From an uncultured Poribacteria bacterium (GTDB lineage: Bacteria; Poribacteria; WGA-4E; WGA-3G), in assembly GCA_958296135.2 (NCBI GenBank), contig CATQHZ020000001.1:704001-768000 (forward strand): a stretch of DNA of 64,000 nucleotides. Reading direction: 5' to 3'. Every line of letters begins with the position of its first letter. Positions within the stretch are counted from its first letter, which is position 1. Of this stretch, positions 19,098 to 29,417 are shown piece after piece. A model generated the notes under the pieces. The model was not told where the DNA came from and searched no databases. It saw nothing but the letters and a program-made list of their open reading frames with translations. A program made the translations under genes and the position numbers.

Positions 19098-20195
19098 TTA
19101 CCCAATTAGAACAATCGCATTCCCTGCGCGCCAGGTGAGAGACACCTTATCGCCACGCTGAAACCGCCGCGTCTCACCCGCGCCAGTGTTCTGTTGATGC
19201 ACGATGACAGGGGTAGGATAATCCGTTTGCACCGTGTATTGGAGCGTCGTGCCGAGGTAACTTTCGTCTTGAATAGTGCCGCTTAATTGATTGACTGAAT
19301 CGGGACGAGGCGCACTGTCTAAATCAATGCGTTCTGGCCGAATCGCCACGGTGACAGATGCACCATCTTGGACATTGCTGTTGAGTCTGCCGACGATCTT
19401 AATGGGGGGTTCGGTTGCCAATTCAACTGTTGCGAGTTCACCTTCTCTGGGAGACAACGTCCCCTGAAAAAAATTAGAGGTGCCGATAAAATCGGCGACG
19501 AAACGATTTTGCGGTGCGTCGTATATTTCGGCGGGGGTGCCGACTTGTAGGAGTTTGCCATCGCGCATTACTGCAATCCGGTCGGAGAGTGCCAACGCTT
19601 CGCCCTGGTCGTGCGTGACGTAGACGAACGTGATGCCCACTTGGCGTTGCAACGTTTTGAGTTCCAGTTGCATCTGCTTTCGCAACTGTAGATCGAGCGC
19701 GGCGAGGGGTTCGTCTAGCAGCAGGATAGTGGGGTGATTAATCAACGCGCGGGCGAGTGCCACCCGTTGCTTTTCGCCCCCGGAGAGTTCGCTTGGTTTC
19801 CGGGTGCCGTAGCCGGGGAGGCGAATGAGTTCTAGGAAACGTTCCACTTCGGCTGCGGTTTTTGCCTTCGGCATCTTCTTCATTTGCAGTCCAAAGGCGA
19901 TGTTTTGCGCGACGGTTTTATGCGGAAACAGCGCGTAATTTTGGAAAACGGTGTTAACAGGCCGGCGATAGGGCGGCGTTTGCTTCATCGGTTCTCCGTT
20001 AATGAAAACCTTTCCCGATGTCGGGTAGACAAATCCGCCGATGATGCGTAACGTGGTGGTTTTTCCGCAGCCGCTCGGTCCGAGCAGCGAAAAAAATTCG
20101 CCGCCTTCTATCTGCAGTGAGACATTGTCCACGGCGCGCGTGTCGCCAAATTGTTTCGTTACCGATGTGAGGGTAATCTGGCCTACGTTTTCCAT
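19098..20195 (-). CDS. potA: polyamine (PotA-like) ABC transporter ATP-binding protein
   Basis: GPSGCGKTT, RPVNTVFQNYALFPH, LSGGEKQR, LLLDEP and a TOBE-like C-terminus. Confidence 0.8.
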   Translation of the reverse strand: MENVGQITLTSVTKQFGDTRAVDNVSLQIEGGEFFSLLGPSGCGKTTTLRIIGGFVYPTSGKVFINGEPMKQTPPYRRPVNTVFQNYALFPHKTVAQNIAFGLQMKKMPKAKTAAEVERFLELIRLPGYGTRKPSELSGGEKQRVALARALINHPTILLLDEPLAALDLQLRKQMQLELKTLQRQVGITFVYVTHDQGEALALSDRIAVMRDGKLLQVGTPAEIYDAPQNRFVADFIGTSNFFQGTLSPREGELATVELATEPPIKIVGRLNSNVQDGASVTVAIRPERIDLDSAPRPDSVNQLSGTIQDESYLGTTLQYTVQTDYPTPVIVHQQNTGAGETRRFQRGDKVSLTWRAGNAIVLIG

Positions 20196-20197
20196 AT

Positions 20198-21450
20198 TCA
20201 GGGGGTTGTTCTCTGGCAAACGACGATGTTTTCTTCGTGCATTGTTGCGGCGGTTTTCCCTGCAACGTTGGAGGGACTATTCTTTGTCGGCATCCGTTTA
20301 TTCGGGATGTTCCGAACGATAGTCTTTCGATGTGAAAATCCGTGCTGTCCAAACTCGGAAATCACAAACGCGTCTGTCGGAAGCATTACGCCTTTCACAC
20401 TGCGATTACCGACAACATAGCACACCGTCGCGCGGGAAGAGAGCATCTTCGCGACGAAGTGGATACTGCTCCCGAGGTCGGTGTAGAAAGCGGCGACCTG
20501 GTTTGCCCGCTTTTCATCAACAGAACGGATTTCCTCAATAGCCTCAGTTACCGGCGAATCGGCTAATTTGCTTTCGGTACGATGGCCACCCATTGCAAGC
20601 CTGTCTACTTTGCGCGCGTTCGGAAAACCAATCCACTCGGATGCGAGCCGTGAGAATTGTCCATACGCAACCGTCGTGTGTGAATCGCCGTAGGGAGGAG
20701 ATGTTACGACGATGTCATATCCACCTAACGGACGCGGCATTGGGAACTCTCCGTGAACTGTATTGGCACTGGAGACTGATGCCTCGACGTTTTGGCGTTT
20801 CTCCATGAATATCGCCAACCCGTGCTGATTTCGGCTCAGTTTCTTGCGAAAGATGCCGAAAACGTCGGGTTGAAAGTGCGCGAGTTTCTCGGCAGGCATC
20901 CGATGCAATTTGAATTCGCCGTTGCGGGTATAGGAACATTCGCGCACCGTTTCCGAAAAGGCTACCCACAGAAAGTTGCGAACTGTCTCCTCTTCCACCT
21001 CGTCTATCCATGCGCGCAGAAAAGCGAGAGTTCTGATGACTTCTTCAGAAAACCAATAGGCGAGATTCGGAATCTCCGGAACGGGTTTGTCCGGCACCTT
21101 GCAGGAGAACTCCACCTGAAAGAGACAATCGTTCAACTTGTCAAGATGCGCAGCGAGGAGTCTCGGTGGAATTGGAGTCAACTTGGCTGTGGTTATCAGG
21201 CGCACGAGGGGGTTGATGTCGCATCCAAGCTGTGCATGCCGAACAGCGATGCCTCCACCAACGAGGTGCCTGTGCCGCAATACGGGTCGAGCAGCCATCT
21301 GCCTTCCACGCCGTAACGCTTCAGAAGTTTCCGCGCGATTTGCGGAATCATCATGGCGGGATAAGTGTGGAAGCAGTGGGTATATTCCTTTGTGTTGGCT
21401 TCGGGCAAATCCCAAGTTTCGTCTCTGTATTTCACGGTTCTTGCGCGCAT
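20198..21450 (-). pseudogene. orphan N4-cytosine DNA methyltransferase (M.MvaI-like) with a 1-nt frameshift near 21229
   Basis: N-part: NTKEYTHCFHTYPAMMIPQ...LDPYCGTGTSLVE. C-part: GCDINPL, AFSETVR...TRNGEFKL, TSPPYGDSHTTVAYGQFSRL and IPNKRMPTKNSP. The frame changes at AGC|TT GGA TGC GAC. Confidence 0.85.
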
Positions 21451-21456
21451 TTTCCC

Positions 21457-22902
21457 TTATTCTTCGGATAGCACCCGCGTCAAAATCTGATTGACGAGTT
21501 GCGGGTTCGCCTTGCCGCGCGTCGCGCGCATGACCTGGCCGACAAGGAACCCAATCGCCTTCTTCTTGCCATCGCGGTAATCCTGCGCGGGACCGGGATG
21601 CGCTTCCACTACCTGCAGCACAATCGCCTCGATTTCCGAGGTATCCGTAATCTGCGATAACCCCTTCTCTTTCACGATATCCTTCGGCATTTTGCCTGTT
21701 TCAAAGGCATCGTCAAGCACCGATTTGGCAATCTTGCCGCTGATGGTAGCATCGTTAATCAACTGGATGAGCTCACTCAGATGCGCGGGCGTAACCTTTG
21801 CGTCTTGGATGTCCATCTCTGCAGCGTTAAGTAACCGCGACACATCACCCATAATCCAGTTTGCACACGCTGTCGGTTCGCTGCCGCACTGCACTGCTTC
21901 GTCAAAGAAGTCAGCGAGGTGTCGGGTAGCGGTGAGGAATTCAGCGTTTTCGGCGGAGATGCTGTAGTCGGCGATGAACCGTTCGCGGCGCGCGGCGGGA
22001 AGCTCCGGCAGCGTCGGCTGAATCTCGGTGAGCCAGTCTGCATTGATTTGAACGTGAACCAGGTCTGGTTCAGGGAAATAGCGGTAGTCGTCCGCTTCTT
22101 CTTTGCCGCGCATGGCTGCAGTTTTGCCGGTGCTGGCATCAAACAGCAGTGTCTCTTGGATAACCTCGCCTCCCTCATCTAGAATTCGTGCCTGCCGTTG
22201 CACCTCGTATTGCATCGCGTCAAGCAGTTCCTGAAACGAGTTCTTGTTTTTAATTTCGGTGCGCGTGCCTAATTGTTGGCTGCCCATGGGACGGAGGGAG
22301 AGGTTCGGTTCGCAGCGGAGGCTTCCCTCTTCCATATTGCAATCGCTTACGCCGATGTATTCCAAAATCTCTTTGACAGCGCGGCAGTAGGCGATAGCCT
22401 CTTCGGGGGAATGGATTTCGGGTTCGCTCACAATTTCCAATAGCGGCACGCCGGCGCGATTGAAGTCCATGAAGCTCCGCGTTGCATCGCCGGTGACTTC
22501 GGCGTGGACTGATTTGCCGGTATCCTCTTCCAAATGGATTCGGCGGAGGGCGACGGTGCGGCGTTCGCCGTTAAAGTCAAACGTCACCTGTCCGTTCTGG
22601 CATAACGGCAGGTCATACTGCGAGATCTGGTAGTTTTTCGGCAGGTCTGGGTAAAAGTAGTTTTTCCTGTCAAACTTGCTGTATGATGTGATGTCGCAAT
22701 CCATTGCCAAACCGGCGCGCACGGCAAACGCCACCGCATTCTTGTTGATAACCGGCAGCGTGCCTGGCATCCCCAGGCAGATGGGGCAGGTGCAGTCGTT
22801 CGCTGCTGCGCCGAAGGTATACGCGCAATGGCAGAAGAGTTTGCTTTCCGTGCACAATTCCGCGTGAATTTCTAAGCCGATAACCGTTTCGTATTTTTGC
22901 AT
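21457..22902 (-). CDS. gatB: Asp-tRNA(Asn)/Glu-tRNA(Gln) amidotransferase subunit B
   Basis: VIGLEIHAEL, FDRKNYFYPDLPKNYQISQ, RIHLEED and DYRYFPEPDL. Confidence 0.97.
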   Translation of the reverse strand: MQKYETVIGLEIHAELCTESKLFCHCAYTFGAAANDCTCPICLGMPGTLPVINKNAVAFAVRAGLAMDCDITSYSKFDRKNYFYPDLPKNYQISQYDLPLCQNGQVTFDFNGERRTVALRRIHLEEDTGKSVHAEVTGDATRSFMDFNRAGVPLLEIVSEPEIHSPEEAIAYCRAVKEILEYIGVSDCNMEEGSLRCEPNLSLRPMGSQQLGTRTEIKNKNSFQELLDAMQYEVQRQARILDEGGEVIQETLLFDASTGKTAAMRGKEEADDYRYFPEPDLVHVQINADWLTEIQPTLPELPAARRERFIADYSISAENAEFLTATRHLADFFDEAVQCGSEPTACANWIMGDVSRLLNAAEMDIQDAKVTPAHLSELIQLINDATISGKIAKSVLDDAFETGKMPKDIVKEKGLSQITDTSEIEAIVLQVVEAHPGPAQDYRDGKKKAIGFLVGQVMRATRGKANPQLVNQILTRVLSEE

Positions 22903-23040
22903 GAGTTTTCCTATTTCTTAGAATGGACGCGGCCTCTACGCCGTAGGCGCGCTTTGTAAACGCACCCCGTGCCCTCGTGCGCGGTTGCAAACCGCGCCTA
23001 CCGTTGGGGAATGATGGCCTTTGCGTTTTTCCTGTTTCTC

Positions 23041-23200
23041 CTATCGCTGTCGTATGGAGCCCACCCTCCTGATACCCATTTGATGGACACTGGCAAACCC
23101 AATGCGCAAACGGTAAACCATCGCATTGGGATTTTTTGCACGCACCCGGTCCAAGGCAATTGCAATCTTATCGTCGATTTCGTAGTGCCTGTCTTCACGA
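23041..23200 (-). pseudogene. C-terminal remnant of a small hypothetical protein
   Basis: HYEIDDKIAIALDRVRAKNPNAMVYRLRIGFASVHQMG resembles the C-half of a widespread ~90-aa family. It has no credible start and is flanked by REPs. Confidence 0.4.
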
Positions 23201-23383
23201 TGCATGTCAACTCGTTGGGCGGTGCGCGCAGGACGATTCAGTTGTCCCGTTTTTGATGTCACCCGCAAGAATGAACACCGGGGTCTCTGTCCTGTTTGCG
23301 ATGCGGCGAACTCATCTCAAACGACAGATAGGGGACAACTGAATGTTTCTGTAGGGAGCGCGTGGAACGCACGCCTACCGGTG

Positions 23384-24148
23384 TTATTGCGATAACTCGT
23401 TGACAATCGCCACGTTCGCTTCGACTTCGCTGCGGGAAGTCATCCCGATAGTCATCGCGTGAACGCAGTCCAGGCCCATCACGAATTCGATTGCGTCTCG
23501 GGCACCGCCTGCCTCTTTGGCGAGTTTGCTTTGTCCGAGCACTTTCATGCCGTAGATACCCTTGCCCGCGAACGCCATGAGTTCCATCGTTCGGATGACA
23601 TCCGCTGGCGATGCGTCCATGTGGACACCGGCGTAGTTAATCCGTGCGAGTACCACGTCCACCCATGCTGTCATGGCGGCGGTTTGGAACGCGCCGTAAT
23701 CGTGGCAAGACACGCCGTGCGCGTGGATGAGCCCCTGTTCCTTACAGCGCGCGAGTCCCTCCATCGCGTCCGGATACCGCTTTGGCCAATCCACTTGTGT
23801 GAGGCAGTGGAGCAACACGATATCCACATAGTCCGAACCGATTTCGGTGAGGAACCGCTTGACATCGGTTTCCACGTCCTCGCGCGTGCGCGATACTGTT
23901 TTCGTGGTGATGGTGACGCTGCGCCTGTCTACGTGTCTAAGAGCTTCTCGGACATGCGGATGACTCCCGTACTGGTCTGCCGAGTCCCAGAACGTCACGC
24001 CTTTGTCGTGCGAGAATAGCAGCAGGTCGCGAAGGCCTTCCAATCCCAAGTCTGTCTGGTTTGAGCGGCCGTTCCAGCCGTTCGACCCGGTGCCGATGGA
24101 GAGCCGTGAAACGTTTAACCCTGTTTTTCCAAGTGCGACAATTTCCAT
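23384..24148 (-). CDS. aldo/keto reductase
   Basis: LGKTGLNVSRLSIG, FWDSADQYG, DYVDIVLLH and GVSCH. Confidence 0.88.
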   Translation of the reverse strand: MEIVALGKTGLNVSRLSIGTGSNGWNGRSNQTDLGLEGLRDLLLFSHDKGVTFWDSADQYGSHPHVREALRHVDRRSVTITTKTVSRTREDVETDVKRFLTEIGSDYVDIVLLHCLTQVDWPKRYPDAMEGLARCKEQGLIHAHGVSCHDYGAFQTAAMTAWVDVVLARINYAGVHMDASPADVIRTMELMAFAGKGIYGMKVLGQSKLAKEAGGARDAIEFVMGLDCVHAMTIGMTSRSEVEANVAIVNELSQ

Positions 24149-24498
24149 TGAAATTCTCCTGCCGGTCAAGTTACGTTTAATAGGACGGACGCAAATCCGA
24201 AAACGCCCGTTCGGTAGGCGCGCTTTGAAAGCGCGCCGCCGGGGTTTGTTCTGCGTAAGTCCGAGTTTAAGTATAGCAGAAGCTGTCTCAATATGTCAAG
24301 CAATTTTTCGCCCTCTTATCTTTTTTGTTGCTTTTTGCCGATAAGACACGTTATAATTAGGAAGGAATGAAGGACGTATTCCGAAGAAAACTTAGCCAAG
24401 GCGCGCCCAGCGTTTGGCCGATACGCAAAGCGCGGTGCGCTGCGCGAATCGCCTTTGCCGAACGCGTGGTGCCCATACAGAAAATAGGAAAGAAATAT

Positions 24499-26763
24499 AT
24501 GCACTTTTTTATTCACACCCGAGGCCTTCACCGCTATTGGAAAATCCTGAGTCTGTTGCTGCTAGGCTGTTGCTGCTTTCTCGCGGCCGTGCCGGGTTCC
24601 GCGGACGAGCTGCACATCCATCTTGCCGACAGCAGTGCTCTCGTCTTCGTGGATAAAGGTAACTACAAACGCGCCATTTCAAAGTTGGAGAGTTTGTTGC
24701 GGGCCGAATTATCCGAGCGCGAGAAGAAAGAGATTCATCATGTGCTAGGCTATTGCTATGAAAAGCTGCGGAATCGCCCGAAAGCGATTGGGAATTACGC
24801 CCGAGTTGCTTCGCCGACGTATCCGCTTGCCGATTGCGCTGTGTATCGCCTTGCCCGACTCTATGCCGAGATGAAAGACGATGCGAAAGCTGTCAAGTGG
24901 TATAGGCAGCTCGTGCAGGACTATCCGGCGAGTTTCTATCGCGCTGAAGCACAGTTCGTGTTGGCGCGTCTCCACCTCAAGCGGAAAGAGTGGGCTGCCG
25001 CGAAACCGTTGTTTGCTGCTCTGCACGAGGAGCCGCGCTATGCACGAAAGGCGGCGCAGGGAGTCGCGCGCTGTGATGAGGGACTCGGGGATGTGACAGC
25101 CGCCTTTGAAGCCTACCGGGTGCTGTTGCGGGCAAATCCGACTGATGCAGTCGCCGAGGAGGCACTCGGCCGGTTCAAGCTGCTGGCGAGGACGCATAAG
25201 ACACTGACGCTGACATCGCAAGACCGGCTGATTTGCGGGCAAGTCTTCTTAAATCGTAAGAAGTGGACATCGGCTGTTTCGGAATTTCAGCGCATCGCTG
25301 CTGCGAAAAACCTGAAACTTCGGGGGCAAGCACGCTACTTGATGGGGCAGGCGTATCAGGGCCGGAAGTGGTATAACACCGCTATCAAGCAGTATAACGT
25401 CGTCATTGCCCTCGGTGGGAAGAGCGACTATTTGACGCGCGCACACTACCAGAAAGCGGTATGCTATCAGCGGAAGGGGCACCTGAAAACGGCTACGAGT
25501 CAACTGGAACCGTTCGCGCGCCTCTATCCGTGGAGCGAATTACGCGATGACGCGTTTTACACGCTGGCGCAAATCTATGAGAAGCGTGGAAAATCTACAC
25601 TCGCCGGTGAGGCGTACGCTCAGCTTATTGAGGTATCGCCGGAGAGTCCGTATGCAGATGTCGCGGCGTGGCGCGTCGGCTGGCGGCGGTTTGACGAGAA
25701 ACGTTACGAAGAGAGTTACCGGGCCTTTCAAGGTTTGAAAGAAAACTTCCCCGGCAATCGGTATGCGATGGGCGCGCATTTCTGGATGGCGAAAATCCAT
25801 GAACGCCAGAACCGCCCCGAGCTGGCGAGAGAACTCTACACCGAAGTGGCAGAGGCAAATTATTGGTATTACAGCGCGAGAGCCAAAGCGATTCTCGGTA
25901 TCACCGGCTCCGAATTGGAACCACGGGCGGTGCCGGATGCAGAACTGCCGCCGCAGGCAGCCTGCCCGAAGCAGGCGATGGCGTTAATGTCGCTCCGGCT
26001 GTATGAGGATGCAATTGCGCAGCTCACACATCACATTGCATCGCCTGTCCATCAGCCGGACAAAGAGTGTTTCTACGCGTTGATGACGTGTTATGAACGT
26101 CAGGCGCGATACGATGAGGCACGGGAGGTGGCAGAACAGGCGTTGAAGAACCCAGCCTTCGCGAATCCAGACGCAGTGGATGCGAAGCAGTTGCGACAGG
26201 TGCTTTACCCGCGTTATTATGAACGGCTGATTGAGAAATACGCGAAGACGTATGAGGTGGATGCCTACCTGATGTTCGCGATGATATTAGAGGAGAGCCG
26301 GTATCGTGCCGATGCGGTGAGTTGGGCGGGGGCGATAGGGTTGATGCAGATTATGCCTGCTACCGGGAAGGAACTCGCGCGGCAACTGAAAATCCGCCGA
26401 TTCCGGGCATCGATGCTAAAAAGGCCCGAGGTGAACATCCGGATGGGTGCGAAGTATATCGCCTACCTCAATTCACTGTTTGACGGCGATGCGATGCTTG
26501 TCACCGGGGCATATAACGGCGGCCCCGGCAGAATGCGCCGGTGGGTAGCGTCGAAGAACATCAAGGACATCGACGAATTCGTGGAGAAAATCACGATTCG
26601 CGAGACGCGGTTGCATATCAAGAAGGTTATCCACAGTTACGATAACTACGTTGAACTCTACGGGCAAACTGAGATACCGGCTATGAATTCTGCCTGGGAT
26701 ACGCAGCGGTTTCGTTCCGGTAAACGGCTAGGGAGTCCGTTCATCGGCCGGCGGAGCGAGTAA
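24499..26763 (+). CDS. TPR-containing soluble lytic transglycosylase (Slt70-like)
   Basis: TPR/BamD-like helices; catalytic motifs MILEESRY, GAIGLMQIMP, AYNGGPG and ETRLHIKKV. Start codon uncertain. Confidence 0.88.
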   Translation: MHFFIHTRGLHRYWKILSLLLLGCCCFLAAVPGSADELHIHLADSSALVFVDKGNYKRAISKLESLLRAELSEREKKEIHHVLGYCYEKLRNRPKAIGNYARVASPTYPLADCAVYRLARLYAEMKDDAKAVKWYRQLVQDYPASFYRAEAQFVLARLHLKRKEWAAAKPLFAALHEEPRYARKAAQGVARCDEGLGDVTAAFEAYRVLLRANPTDAVAEEALGRFKLLARTHKTLTLTSQDRLICGQVFLNRKKWTSAVSEFQRIAAAKNLKLRGQARYLMGQAYQGRKWYNTAIKQYNVVIALGGKSDYLTRAHYQKAVCYQRKGHLKTATSQLEPFARLYPWSELRDDAFYTLAQIYEKRGKSTLAGEAYAQLIEVSPESPYADVAAWRVGWRRFDEKRYEESYRAFQGLKENFPGNRYAMGAHFWMAKIHERQNRPELARELYTEVAEANYWYYSARAKAILGITGSELEPRAVPDAELPPQAACPKQAMALMSLRLYEDAIAQLTHHIASPVHQPDKECFYALMTCYERQARYDEAREVAEQALKNPAFANPDAVDAKQLRQVLYPRYYERLIEKYAKTYEVDAYLMFAMILEESRYRADAVSWAGAIGLMQIMPATGKELARQLKIRRFRASMLKRPEVNIRMGAKYIAYLNSLFDGDAMLVTGAYNGGPGRMRRWVASKNIKDIDEFVEKITIRETRLHIKKVIHSYDNYVELYGQTEIPAMNSAWDTQRFRSGKRLGSPFIGRRSE

Positions 26764-26831
26764 ACGTCGCAGGCACACTGTAGCGTGATGGCTTCGCACG
26801 ATGACGTGGCGAGAAGCAGTGTTTCTCAGAC

Positions 26832-27107
26832 TTGGAAAAATACATCCATTCGGATGCAAAAGAGCCCGCGTTGATTCAATGCGCGCTCGTTCATTACCAA
26901 TTTGAGGCAATTCACCCGTTCGTTGATGGAAACGGAAGAATCGGCAGGCTGCTTATCATCTTGATGCTCATAGAAAAAAAGTTGTTATCGCAACCGGTGC
27001 TCTTCCTTTCGGATTTTTTTGAGGCGCATAGAGACGCGTATTATCAATCGCTGTTGAATGTTAGCGAAAAAGGAAATTGGAAAGCGTGGCTCACCTTATC
27101 CTCATGA
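26832..27107 (+). pseudogene. Fic-domain core fragment
   Basis: HYQFEAIHPFVDGNGRIGR. Lacks the N-terminal region and C-terminal HTH; no RBS or ATG. Confidence 0.75.
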
Positions 27108-27163
27108 CAGAACAAACGCGCTCGGTGCGTCCTAAAGTGAGTTAATCAAAGCGCGTCGCATCC

Positions 27164-28792
27164 TTAGCGTTCCAACTCTATCCATTGCGGTGCTTTGTCT
27201 CGGGTGAGGATGATGCGGCGGTGCCATGCCGTATCGTCCCTCTCTGGGAAGTCAGAACGGTAATGCGCGCCGCGGCTTTCTGTCCGGAGCAGTGCTGCCT
27301 CCGTGATACACCGGGCGACATCCAGCATATTCGCTGCTTCACAGGTGCCTTGTGTGTATTGTTCTCCCTCGTCCCCCAGGCTGAGCGGTGTGCACGCGGC
27401 TTCTGCCACTTCCTGCAATTGCGCGAGCGTTTCTTGTAACCCTTCCCCGTTGCGTTCAATACCGACGTTTTTCCAGAGTGTCTCCCGAATCGTGTGTCTT
27501 ATATCATCAACCTTGTCCGCGGAAACCATCGTTGCTGTGTCGGGGATATGGCTGTCGGCGGGTGTCACCCCCACGGTTTGGGTTTGCGCGAAGGCGGCGG
27601 CGTTCGTGCCAGCCCGCGCTCCGTAGACGAGGCATTCCAACAGCGAATTACTGGCCAAGCGGTTTGCGCCATGCACGCCGGTGCATGCCACTTCGCCACA
27701 GGCGTAGAGTCCCCGCACGTTCGTCTCTGCTTCTGTGTTGGTGCGGATGCCGCCCATCATAAAGTGCGCGCCGGGACGGACGGGGATGACATCGATGCGG
27801 ATATCTAACCCGTAGCGTTGTGTTGTCTCGAAAATTGTGGGAAAGCGTTCGACGATAAAATCGGCGGGTTTGTGTGTAACATCAAGATAGACGCACGGGA
27901 AGCCGGTCTGGTTTATTTCGTTCTGGATGGCGCGGCTGACGACATCGCGCGGGGCGAGTTCACCGAGTTCATGGTATTTTTCCATGAAGCGTTCCCCGCG
28001 GATGGTGATGAGTTGTCCGCCTTCGCCGCGCACAGCTTCGGAGATGAGGAAATTCGGTGCGCCATCGAGGCAGAGCGTAGTCGGGTGGAACTGAACGAAT
28101 TCCATGTCAATGAGTTCACACCCGGCGCGCCACGCGGCGGCGATGCCGTCACCGGTGGCTACCTCTGGATTGGAGGTGCAGGGATAGAGGCGGCCGAGCC
28201 CGCCTGTCGCCAAAATCGTCACTTTGGCATGGAGTAAGACAGGTTCGCCCTCCACGAGTGCTATCACGCCGTAGCACTGTCCTTCTGCTGTCAACACCTC
28301 CACGGCGAAGGCGTTGGTGAGGACGCGAATGCGTGCTGTATTTACGACTTGTTGCACCAAGACATCGGTAGTCTCCCTGCCGGTCGCGTCTCCTTTGTGG
28401 ACGATGCGGCGGCGGCTGTGAGCGGCTTCTTGCGTGAACCGCGGCAGCGTGCCTTCCCAATCAAAATTCGCGCCCCAATCTAGGAGTTCGGATACGCGTG
28501 GCACCCCTTCGGCTACCATCGCTTCGACAGCGGCCCTGTCGCAAATTCCTGCGCCGGCGACGAGTGTGTCTTGGACGTGCAACGCGAGGGTATCGTCCAC
28601 GTTCATGGCGACAGCGATGCCGCCTTGCGCATAGCGCGTGTTGCTCTCCTTGAGGGCGGATTTTGTCAGCAACGTCACGTCAACACCTGGCGCGGTTGCC
28701 GCGGCGGCGAGGGCGGCGCGCAAGCCGGCAGCCCCACTGCCGATGATGAGGACATCTGTTTTTTCGGATGTCGTAATGCGTTCGTTGTGCAT
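27164..28792 (-). CDS. nadB: L-aspartate oxidase
   Basis: IIGSGAAG, YAQGGIA, QFHPT, LAPRDVV, GVHGANRLASNSLLE and ESRGAH. Confidence 0.95.
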   Translation of the reverse strand: MHNERITTSEKTDVLIIGSGAAGLRAALAAAATAPGVDVTLLTKSALKESNTRYAQGGIAVAMNVDDTLALHVQDTLVAGAGICDRAAVEAMVAEGVPRVSELLDWGANFDWEGTLPRFTQEAAHSRRRIVHKGDATGRETTDVLVQQVVNTARIRVLTNAFAVEVLTAEGQCYGVIALVEGEPVLLHAKVTILATGGLGRLYPCTSNPEVATGDGIAAAWRAGCELIDMEFVQFHPTTLCLDGAPNFLISEAVRGEGGQLITIRGERFMEKYHELGELAPRDVVSRAIQNEINQTGFPCVYLDVTHKPADFIVERFPTIFETTQRYGLDIRIDVIPVRPGAHFMMGGIRTNTEAETNVRGLYACGEVACTGVHGANRLASNSLLECLVYGARAGTNAAAFAQTQTVGVTPADSHIPDTATMVSADKVDDIRHTIRETLWKNVGIERNGEGLQETLAQLQEVAEAACTPLSLGDEGEQYTQGTCEAANMLDVARCITEAALLRTESRGAHYRSDFPERDDTAWHRRIILTRDKAPQWIELER

Positions 28793-28909
28793 TTTTGGTT
28801 GTTTGACGGTTGTCGTCGTAGTGCCGTCATCGACAACGTCGATGACTACGTTTTTTCTCCTAAACCAAAATTCTTCCCTGAGCAGTGATTATAGCAGAGA
28901 CTGCCCCAC

Positions 28910-29305
28910 CTACAAAGGCATAACCTTCCCGCTACCGGTGGCGATGAGGGTGCCATCTTCCAACGTGACAGTCGCGTCGGCTGCTACGAGACGACGGGAG
29001 GCTTTGACGCGTTGCGCGGCAACCGTCAGTTTCACCCCGGTCGGCGATGGGTTGCGGAATCGGACATCGAGCTGTGCCGTGACAGCGGGTTTCCCGAACG
29101 TGGCGATACCGACATAGGTTATCGCTTCATCAAGCAAGGTGCTGAGGATGCCACCGTGGAGGACATCGGCCCAGCCTTGCAGGTGCGAGGGCGGTGTGCA
29201 TTCAATCGTGACCTGGGTACCATCTTCACTGATGTGCGGTGTCACTCGTAAGCCAAACGGATTTTTCGTGCCGCACACGAAGCAAAAATCGTTGTTTTCA
29301 AGCAT
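28910..29305 (-). CDS. PaaI family thioesterase
   Basis: CFVCG.KNPFGL and HGGILSTLLDE. Confidence 0.88.
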   Translation of the reverse strand: MLENNDFCFVCGTKNPFGLRVTPHISEDGTQVTIECTPPSHLQGWADVLHGGILSTLLDEAITYVGIATFGKPAVTAQLDVRFRNPSPTGVKLTVAAQRVKASRRLVAADATVTLEDGTLIATGSGKVMPL

Positions 29306-29417
29306 CTTTTGTCTTTCCTAGGGCAGGCACCCCGTAGGCGCGCTTTGCAAGCGCGCCTACGGGGTTTGCCTATCCTTAATCCTCAGGCGAGCCCGAACGA
29401 CAGAGATTCAGTGGGTA

